From NCBI GenBank assembly GCA_000708835.1, contig DF237431.1, positions 1-64,000 on the forward strand: a stretch of 64,000 nt of DNA, written 5' to 3'. The position numbers and the translations under genes were made by a program. This DNA comes from Klebsormidium nitens. Taxonomy: Eukaryota; Plantae; Klebsormidiophyceae. Of the stretch, positions 11,513 through 21,400 are shown one piece after another. Position 1 is the stretch's first letter; the number at the start of each line of letters is the position of its first letter. The notes under the pieces are model-generated. The model was not told where the DNA came from. It worked only from the letters and a program-made list of their open reading frames with translations, and did no database searches.

Positions 11513-14500
11513 TCAGCAGCTACTCAAGAAAGCAAAAAAGCAACAAAAAGGCCTTGTGTCGCAGACGATGCACCAGAGGCGCCAGGCCCACCTGCACTCC
11601 AGAAGCTTTTGCAAGGCCTCCTCCTCAGGCGTCCACGTCATCTGCCGCAACATCTCCTCTTCCTGGACCTCCCCCCACTTCCGCTTCTTCGGGGCGCCCA
11701 TCATCTCCTTCTGCTCCTGCCGGACCGTCTCCTGATGAACCGTAAGCCCCTCCTTCCCTGAATTTTCACTCTCCGGGGCCTGTTCCAAGGATTCAGGAGC
11801 AGCCTTCTCCGTCTCGCTCGGCGCAGCCCCGGCCTCGGGAACCCCCTCCGGAGCTTTCCTCTGCGGGATGCGCGCCCGCACGCCTTCCTGCGCGCTCTCC
11901 TCCGCCTGCGCTTGCTCCCGGTCCTGCTCCGGAGACTCCGGCGCAAAGCCCAGGAAGCCGGCGGTCGGTGACGTCAGCCAGTTCTGGTCGCCGGGAAGGT
12001 CCTCCACGGCTGGGAAATCGAGGATGTCGCCGATGTCCAGGTTGGCCGTCCCAGCGGGGTTCGACTCCCCAGGCCGCTCGCCAGGTTTCTCGCCAGCTTG
12101 CGTGGTTTGTCCAACTTCTACGAGAGGTCCCACTTCGCTTGCTTGGCCCTCTTGATCCGGCGGACCCGCTTCGACGGACTGCACGAGTTCCAATGCCCTC
12201 ATCGTCTCTGTGGGTTGCTCAACTTCGGGGGCTTCTCCGAGTTCCTCCCGCCTCTCTTCCTGCCCGCCCCCCTGCTCCGCCTCCGCTCTCTTCTCCCCCT
12301 GCATGCGGTCCTTCCGAGCCTGCAGCCACGCCAGCCGTTTCGCGCCAGCTGTCACGCTCTCCCGCAGCCACGCGGGCACCATCGAGCGCCGCGCCTGCAG
12401 CTTGCGCACCGTCAGCTTGCGGAGCATCGCCTCCTCTTCCTCCGACAGCGGCAGGCTGTCGCGCGCAGCCCGCTCATCCTCGCCCAACAAAAGCTCGCTG
12501 ATGGGGGGCGAGAGAGCAGGGAAGCCGAGCTGGGGGTTCGGGGCTCCCAGGGCCAACACCGCAGGTTCTTCTGGTATTTGGATTGAGGTAGTGGCAGGTG
12601 CAGGCAGGCTGTTTTTCGTGGGAACCCCCACAGGGAGGCTTTCCCTTGGTCGAGTGTCTGGTTCTGACACCGCCTCTACCCCGCCCTCTGCAACAGAGAC
12701 TGGACCCGGCTCCTGGGGGGCAGCGACATCGCCGTTTGACTTTTCCATGGGAGTAGCCGTTTGAGTGCCCGCTGACCCCCCCATGTACTTGAGCATGGCC
12801 GCCGCATGCTCCGAGTGCGCGGCCTGCATCCGCCCCGGGCCCTCTTCCGGATTCTGCGAGGCGACCTGCTTCGCAGCAGGGGGCGCGCCGGCCTGGGCCT
12901 CCCGCAGCTTGTAGCGCCCCCCCGCCACCTCCTCAAACAGCCCGCACTCCAGCGCCTGCTGCAGCTTCACCTGCCCTTCCTCCGTGTCCAGCGGGAACTT
13001 CGACCACTTGCTCAGGAAGCTCTTGACCTCGTCCCGGCTTAGGCCCGCCTCGCCCGCCGGCTTGAACACCCGCGCACACTCCTCCACGAACAGGACGTCC
13101 ATGTCCTGCTTCCCCGCGCCCTTCTTCTTGGGCTGCTTCGGCTTGGGCGCCGGCTTCGGAAGGATCGGCCGGAACATCGGCCGACCGGCGTTGCTCGTCT
13201 GGGCGCGCGCGGCTTGCATTTGCTGCTGCATGTACAACGCCGCTGGAACCGCAACCTGGATGGGAGCACCCAAATGGCTTCTCCTAGCAGGGGGGCCCGG
13301 GCGCTGGTCGGATAGGGGGGTGCTGCCGATAGATAGGGGCGGGGCACCCGGTGGAGCCTTCTCGCCTGGTGCGTGCAAGTGCGCGACCTCGTATATGACG
13401 TTTGCGGCGGCCCCTTCGTCGTTGATCATCAGCTTCGTGGCAGGGCAGCCCGGAAAGGTGCAGGAGTAAATGCAGCCCGCACTGCCGTTGTCCCGCCTTT
13501 CCGCCGCCATCAACCAGTCGTACACATCCTCCACAGGGACCCCCTGGTAAACCTTCCCGAGCACTACAGCCTGGGGGGGAAGTTGCGGCGAGCGTTGCGC
13601 GGCTGGCGTCGGATTGGGGGCTCCGGTGCTGCCAGCTGGCAGGGACGAAGAGATCGACGGTGCGCTGCCCCCTGGCGCTGCAACCGCGTCGGTGACGTCC
13701 ATGGGCATTGGGCCCTGACCATTTTCAATCAGATATATTTCTGGCTCGGTTGTCCCGTCTGGTCTCAGCTCCGGAGGTCTCTCGGCAGTGGCTGCTACAC
13801 CGTTGGCCACTGGTAGCTGCAGGGCGAGAGGCCTAACCACGATCCCCGCCCCGACAGCCGGACCAGCCGACGGGCCCCCGTAAACGAACCCGCCAAGAAC
13901 GTCCCCCCTGCTCGAGCTCGGTTCCCCCGTTTCCTGTGGACCAGCACCGCTCGTGCCGGGCGCCCCGTCGTCCCCCTCCACACCGTCTTGAAGCAAGACC
14001 GCAACTGGCAGAGCTTGCTCCACTAGCGAAGGGTCCATGTCGACAATCATGTGCTGAGGGCCCCCCTCCATCATCTGCTTCGCCCGCTTCTTAGGCACGA
14101 CTCCCGGTTCCCCAACTTTCCGCTGTCTCGGCCCGGTCCCGTTCGCCGCCCTCTCCTCGGCCGCTCTCTCCTTCGCAGCGGCCTTCTCTGCCGCTGCCTG
14201 CGCCCTCTGAGCCGCTTTCTCCGCTGCTACCCGTTTCTTCTCCGCCTCCTTCTGCTCCCGTGCCAGCTGGACCTGCTGCCGTTTCTCCGCGAGCTCGGCC
14301 TTCCACCCGTCCTTCTCTGCCGCGAGACGCTTTCTCTCCTCGGCCGCAGCTTCCATCTCCTCCTTGGTTCGGCGAGGCTTGGGGGTCGGGGCCGGCTTCT
14401 TCACTCGGACAAACGTCTCCATCTTCTCGGCGCGCTGCCGGGTGATTAATTGGTAGGCGTCTTGCCTGCGGGACATGAAAATATTGTTTAGCATTGAGCG

Positions 14501-17500
14501 AACACCCTGACCACAAAGACTACAAAGGAGCCTGCCGCATAAAAAGCTTGAGGTATTCCTGACGACTACTCTGGTCAAAGAAGCACTCGACTCCTTGGAC
14601 TGATCGACCCTGCCCCCCAATACAGCGGCGCGGGCCTCAGATCGGCTGATCAGGAACCTCCAGAAACCAAGTGGGAAGCCTTACAAGGAAACACAGCATC
14701 TGCTCATCTAAAGTCTCTAAGCAACCACATGATCCAGCTAGTGCGAGTCGCTCCTTGCCTGCCAGCTTTCATCCAGCAGTGCCAGGAACAAGGTGGACAA
14801 AACCAAGGGTTCGTACCTGTACTGCTCAGCGTCCGTGATTGGAGAGGCCTTGTACTTGGCCACCCACTCCTCGACCAGGTCCCACTCCTTGAGCGCCTCA
14901 AGCTCCTCCTTCTTCGGCTGGTTCAGTACCTTGGGAGCCGCCATGTTATTCCCCTCGGGATGTAGAACCGACATGCCAGGGTCGGCGTGCTCCTTACACA
15001 GCATGGGCATGACGGCGCCTGCAGCAGCGAACGGAGGCCCCACGTGAGTCAACGTGCCTCCTAACAACAGCTTGGCTGGTCCTTGCGAGAGAGTAATCTT
15101 GACAGTTGGCCTCCTTGAATTTGTCCTGACACATATTGGAACCAAAAATTGCTGGGTGAGGTGAATCCAGGCATTTGGCAAGTGAAGAGAATAGCAGTGA
15201 AGGAGGCCTCTGGAGTTCAAGCTGGAGGTCAAATAGGGCTGCGGTGAAGCAAGTTGACGCGCACTGCTCTCACCTTCCGGCCCCATGGTCGCCCGGGCTG
15301 CGCACCCGAGCTTGAAGCAGCGGTCGTATGTGTCCTTCTTGCCGATCATGCCGCAGGCCGTGTGCCAGGAGCAGGCTAAGCGGAGGGAGAACCCAAAGAT
15401 GCCGTTGGAGCCCGTCCTCTGGCAGCCCTCGACCCAGCACATCTTCCTGCGGTCGGCGTTCTTGGAGTGCATCTCACATAGGATGCCCTCTGGCATGCGC
15501 TCGCGCTTGCATTGCACGCGGCCTCTCAGCGGGCTGCAAGGTGGGATGGGGTAGTGACAAGAGTCAGGAAAAGTTGCCTTGCAAATGTTTGATCTAAAGA
15601 ACCAGAGATTGTTACAAGTGATGGCAGATCGCCTCACCCAAAGAACGGCAGATGAAGCAGAGGAGGCAACCCGAAACTGTGTTCAGTAGGCAAATTGCGT
15701 CTCTCAACCTTTGTTGTCCTTGTGAAGTCCGGACAGCACATGAACACGGCATCCAAGACATAGCAAACTCAGACTACCTTGAATCACGCAAAAGGGAGGA
15801 TGCTTCTCAGACCAGTCCGGTCCGACCGCGCAGACAACGAAGTTTTTGGCTTTCAAAGTAAAAGCAGGATCATGATCGTCTTCCTGCTCTGCGCAGCTAA
15901 GCGATCTAAGCGAAATAAGAGAGATGGTCTCCTCACTGCTGGGCCCAATACGTGCAGCGCTGCTCGTCTGGCACCGGGGGCACTTCGATGGTTGGGGCAG
16001 CCACCGTGCCTTCTTTTGCCTTCTGCGCCCTCCGCCTCCGAAGCTCTACGTGGTGCTCGCACTGCTTGTACCCTTCCTTGCGGGGCCGCTTACACCTGCG
16101 CTGCTGCCCGATGCCAAAATCCCGGCTGTAGAACGTGCATCGCTCCTCGTCCGGGGGCACTGGCTCCGCCTGCTCAGTAGGCTTGGTGAACCTGGGGACG
16201 GGACACGGTGTGTACGCTCGTAAGCTGCTGACTGGGGTTGTAAGAGTTCTAATGAAGCAAGTTAATGCTACGAACTCCAAGAAGGGGTCAGGCAACTGGC
16301 TTTCTGAGCACTATCCCATGATCTGGGCAGGACTCTCGCAGTGCATATAAATAGAAGCATGAACAACTCAATCGAGTCTTGCTGTCTTTCCTTTCAAAGA
16401 ATTAAGCAGGAGGGCTCGGAGTTTGGAACATGCTCCAACTGTTGGCAGAGCCGAGAGACCTCAACAATGAAAGTAGCACTTTCCTTCACATTTTGATCAT
16501 GATAGGAAAACAAGACCTTGAGGAAGGTAATCAACCCCTCCAAATCACCTTTTGCTTGTAAGTGGCAATCTTGTTACTCAAACAGGTTCTGAACAATGAG
16601 AACAAGCAATTCACCACGGGACTGTTCTACAGCCTCGGCCCTCCTTCCCATGAGCCTTGCAACCTATTACCCTAGCTAGACTGAGGCTCGTATACAGGTC
16701 TGAGTTCCTTTCCCAACTGCAGAGTTTCTCTCCCAACCGGGAAGCAACGCCCCAACTTGAGACGGCTCTAACTGGCGCAGGGCAAGTAAGCATCAACAGG
16801 ATACATTCTCACCGTTTGCTCTCCCTGTCATTTGCCACCATGCCCTCCTCCTTATGCACCTCGCAGTGTGTGACTGACTGGCCAGGCCAGCCATATCGGG
16901 CATGCTTGAAGCACTGCAAATCATCCCTGCAAGAGATGAGCCAAAGCGGTAATGAGGCAATCGTCTTGGAGGAACCGTCAGTTAAGCACCGTACTCAGCG
17001 AGGTGGTCAAGGATGGACTTCGGAATCACTAGCCAGGTCAAATTTATTTGACCATCTTTGCATTCAAAAACATTCTGTAGTCAGTGACCATGGATTGGTC
17101 CAGATCAGGCATTGACAAGAGCTCAGCTTGCATCTTCAATAGGAGCTCACCTGTCAATTCAAACTGAAAGTAAAGTCTGAAGTGAAAGGCAAGTGTGGAT
17201 AGGAAATGCTGTGGGCGACTAGAGTCACCATGCTATAAACAAATACACAGCTCGGACTGTGTTCTGAAATTACTGAGAATACTTCACAATAGCAGCCACA
17301 TTCAACAGTGCTCCTAAGCCAGCACCTACTGCCATTATAGTTTGATACAAGATGGAGCACCAAACTGCATAAAAATCCCTTTTAAAGCGATCGTACATAC
17401 GACATCATTCTGAATCTATAAGCAGACTCGTCTCAATGCGGTAAGAAAGAACCATGCTGCTCATACCTGGCACATAGAAACGTCCTTGAGAGCATCCCCT

Positions 17501-17729
17501 TCTCGCCATGATGTGTGCAGCGGCTATCCTTCTCCTCCCCTGGCCACCTGAGCACCGCCAGCCTCGAGCAGTTGTCTGCTGTACATAAAGCCCCGATCTT
17601 CGCCGTCGGCCCTGTCTTTGGCATTTTGGCGGGGTCTCTGGCGTTGCTGAGGCTAAGAGCAGCCTCCTTTTCGGGGCTATTGTACTTGCTGAGGACCATC
17701 TCCAGGGCCCCTTCATCTGCAGGAGCCAT
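11513..17729 (-). CDS. Large multi-zinc-finger nuclear protein (EsV-1-7-like repeats, WRC-like, coiled coil, WRKY-like, HARE-HTH-like); 3' end unresolved
   Basis: ATG at 17729 (GCAGCCATGG context). Exons 17729-17467, 16926-16813, 16191-15937, 15533-15274, 15018-14817 and 14465-11592 join in frame with canonical GT/AG sites. The last is most of the 1035-aa ORF. Confidence 0.8.
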
Positions 17730-18090
17730 GGCTGCGCTCTTCGAGTAGCGCTCAGCCTGGATCTACTTACACCCCAACGGACAAGAATTGCAGCATGATG
17801 CCCGGTGCCTTGTTGTCTAAGCTGTCTAATCGGGCAAGAAGAACTCTCTAACCGACTGTTAAAGGAAGCGCAGTTGAGTGCCCCAAAAGGTATTGGGCGT
17901 CAGAGGCTGGAAAGAGATGAGCAGTCCTATGACTACATAAAGATGACACTACAAGTAAAGTTGACACAAGGGAATGCAATGGCACCAAAGCGCCAACCAA
18001 AACATGCTGATGAGGTCCAGCTGAAGACTTGGAAGAATCAAAAGGCAGGAGCCTGAGCAGTCCACTGTCCAGGAAGAAGCTCATCGGTTG

Positions 18091-18245
18091 CAACCCAGTC
18101 TCGTGCCTAAAATGGACGATCTCTCGGTTAAGTCCACGGCATCGATATCGATGGATCGACCAAGTTGAAACGGTGCAGTTCCCAAATCGACTTTCGAGTT
18201 ACCGTCCGATTTGCTTCCGGAAGACGACGACACCGACGACGACGG
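18091..18245 (+). repeat. Left terminal inverted repeat of the KDZ element
   Basis: CAACCCAGTCTC...AAATGGACGAT..CTCGGTTAAGTCCA.GGCATCGATATCGAT...CGACCAAGTTGAAACGGT...TTCGAGTTACCGTCCGATTT...CGACGACGG aligns to the reverse complement of 30172-30321, roughly 80-85% identical by eye. Confidence 0.9.
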
Positions 18246-18440
18246 AAAGGCCAAAGGCGCTAACTCATGGGGCCTCAGACTTGTCTGACCAGAGAAGTTC
18301 TAGGCTCAGCCTAGAGTCTAGGCTGGATGCTCAGTGTCCAGAGCAGGCTTTCATGCCGAGGCGCTAGCTGTGGCTCTGGAGGTCAGAACAGGCTTGCTAT
18401 TCGAGGTTTTGGAAGTTTGGTGAGGTTTTAGGGAAAGATC

Positions 18441-21400
18441 ATGGCTTCAAGCATGTCAGAGGAGTGCTCTGACGAGGCATTGGAAGGAGAGGTGTCCAGT
18501 CCATCTCAAGAATCATCTGAGCCCCATACCAGCAGTGGGCAGCACATTCCTGCTAGTTCTTCCTCAGATCTGTCTCCTCAGGAAGAGGGGGCTCTGGGGT
18601 CAGACAGTGAATCACAGGCAGCTGACTCTGAATCTGCGAGTCCTGAGGTTGTAACTTATGATGCCCAGGGTAGGCGGGTGGTCAAGAGACACCGTCCAGG
18701 GACTCGGGAGGCAGCCAACAAGCGAGCAAACTCTGGGAACCAGCACGATGGGTCCCCTGACTCCGGTGGAGCTGGTGAAAGGGGGAGCAGGCAGTCCGAA
18801 GATGAATCAGACGGTCACAGGGAAGCAAGGGCAGTTGAAGCTGAACAGCGTGCAAGGGCAGAGGCGGTCAGGGCTGCGGCCACAGCGGCTGCCATGGCAG
18901 ACTACTTTGAGGGGGGCGAGCCTTGCTCTGATGAAGGTTCAGATGGGGAAGAAAATTTTGCGGAACCGAGGCCGACGAGGTGGAGACAGCGTACAGCTGC
19001 GGCTTACGACCAGTACAAGGAGCAGCGTCCATGGCTTGCGCGAGAGATGCTGAGAGCGCATGCTGTCCCAGGTGCTTCAGTACAGTGTAGCAGGTCTGGC
19101 TGCAGCAGTCCGGTCGCCATCAAGTGTAGGACGTGTGGGCTTGTTTGCGCTTCTTGCGATCAGGATCTCCACCCCCATGCTCACTTCCATCACCGTTGGT
19201 CTCTCCGGGAGGGGCACTGCTGGATGCCCATTGGTCCAGATGTTGAGCTTAGGGAGGGCAGCTTGACCCGGGTGGCAAAGGTGTTCCCGCAGCCTCCAGC
19301 GCAGCCGTGCGAATCTTGTCAAAAATGTAATTGGGGTGCAGCTGAATCAGCCCACGAGCCTCTGACAGTCGTGACGCTGGAAGGTCGCTTTGAGTTCTGC
19401 AAAGCTGTGCACCCTTGCTGCACAGAGGGGTGTAAGAACCGCGTTCTCCAGGGGTGTCCGGCGTTTGTGCAGCTAGGCTTTTGGCCGGGCACTGTGGCAA
19501 AGCTCAGGACTGTGTACGAGATCGGGATGCTGGAGCACTGGGCGACGGCAAGCAAGGCAATGCCTGGCTCCTCCCTATCAGCCTTCGTGGGGGTGCTTGA
19601 GGAGACCGGAAGAAGGCAGGGCAGGGTAAGGCTTGATTTGAGCTGCTTTCGCTCGCTCCCATTTGTACTTGCTCGCTCCCATCTACGAAACCATGTCCTT
19701 TCTGGCTGAAAGGGATAACTTGGGCGTTTGTAACGTTTCCACCTTTTGGTTGCTTTAAGAAGACCACGTGACATGCAACGTATGGTTGATATAAAGTAGG
19801 AACTCGATGTTCCTTTCACCAAAACCTGAATAATCCGCAGGTGGCAGATTCATTGATCTCCAGTGCAAGTTGAAACGGATCTTTTATACCCACTTGCTTG
19901 TTGGACAAAAGAGTCATACGGTTTTGTTTTTAATCCTTCACATAATCTTCTGTGTAACCAAGTTCTGCACATAGAAGCTTGCAATGATCATCATCGACCT
20001 CGCTTTTCAGAGTAGAAGTTACTGATCTTTTGCGAAAGCATACTCTGAAAGGAGGTTCTGCCGGGTGACTTCGGTGCACCCTCCTCTAAGGGTTGAAGAA
20101 AGGTTTGCTAACTCCTGCCACTCCGTTTAGAGAATGATTTCAATGAGGCACTATACATGCCTCAGCATCTCACTTCGTCTCCTTGCTTATCCTCAGGATG
20201 CTCCGATCAACCGCCACACCATGTCGCTGGCCTTTGGGGAGTTCAAGTTCGCGCGCTTCGAGCTGAAGTATCTCAACGCTCACCGCTCCGGTCTAGACTG
20301 CCCGGCGTGCCACAGGCATCCGCACTCGTGCATGTGCGACGGGAACCACAAGCTCTACCGGTGGGATCGCGCCTACGAGGTGTTTCGCCAGTGCTACTAC
20401 GGTGACCTCCTTCTCTACAGTGATGCAGACGTGCAACAGAGTCTGGCTCACTTGGACCTAGCCATGGGCAGCCGGCCCCGTGATACATGCTGCGGAACCG
20501 GGGAGTGGAAAGCGGCCAGGGACTCGAAGAGTGCCATCCGGGGTCAAGCAGAGACCGGGTGTGTACTATGCGGGTGTCGCCACCAGTTTGCGATGAAGGG
20601 CGTGAACATGCAATACAGCGGCGAGCGCTACGGATATGCCTACTTCCTGGACCGCCACTTTCTGCAGCAGAAGGGGGTGAAGTTTATCTACCAGGACATC
20701 ATTTGCAAGTACTTCCCCTGGCGGGAGAAGGTGCGAGAGAAGATGGGGCACGGGGACGGTGGCGGTATTCGGCCTGCCCTGAATCTTATGCATGGAAAGC
20801 TCCATTCGTGGGAGTGCCAGGTGAGATTACTTGAAGACCAATTTTGGAGGTATATATCAGTGAACAAGCGGTGGTTTAATATGTCTCTTTGTTGGTCCCT
20901 CTCACCATGTAAAAACATTTCAAGGCAGCCGACGACATTGGGTACTTTTTGAAAGTCAGACCTGCTTCCTTCTTGGGGCAACGTTCTCGCTTCTAATCGG
21001 ATACGAATCCGGTTGAGTGTCCTGATCGGCCGGCAATCAATTGGTTTAGCTCGAAAAACCAGGAAACCTGTTGCGCTTTACAGATGCTGACGTGGCAGAA
21101 AAGTGAAGTTGAACGATTATCATGTTTTCTGCCTTTGTTCTTTCTCTTCAAATGGACAATAACCTGCCGGATATATTGTTGCGGGCCCTGGAGTAGAAAC
21201 GTTTCTGCCGTTGATTGTGAATGGTCAATCGAAGCAACCCTTAATGAGGTGCCTACGTTTTGCTTCATCTCCACCGTAGGTACTCTTTGGAGGACTTTGG
21301 CAGGACGGTGCGGGCGCGGGCTCTGGCGAAGACATGGAACTCCTCTTCTCCTACCTCTCACGACTCGGCATCATCACAAAGCTGATGGGAGCAGCAAGTA

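Noticed and set aside
11554-14516. Numerous overlapping ORFs on both strands over the 1035-aa ORF, and likewise 47148-48976 over the helicase exon
   Set aside because: Shadow ORFs of GC-rich coding sequence with no independent motifs or splice support.
18000-18035. Similarity to the reverse complement of ~33765-33800 (HADEVQLKTW versus HSDEVQFKTW), a possible outer inverted repeat
   Set aside because: Only ~30 bp at moderate identity with no extension on either side; likely chance.
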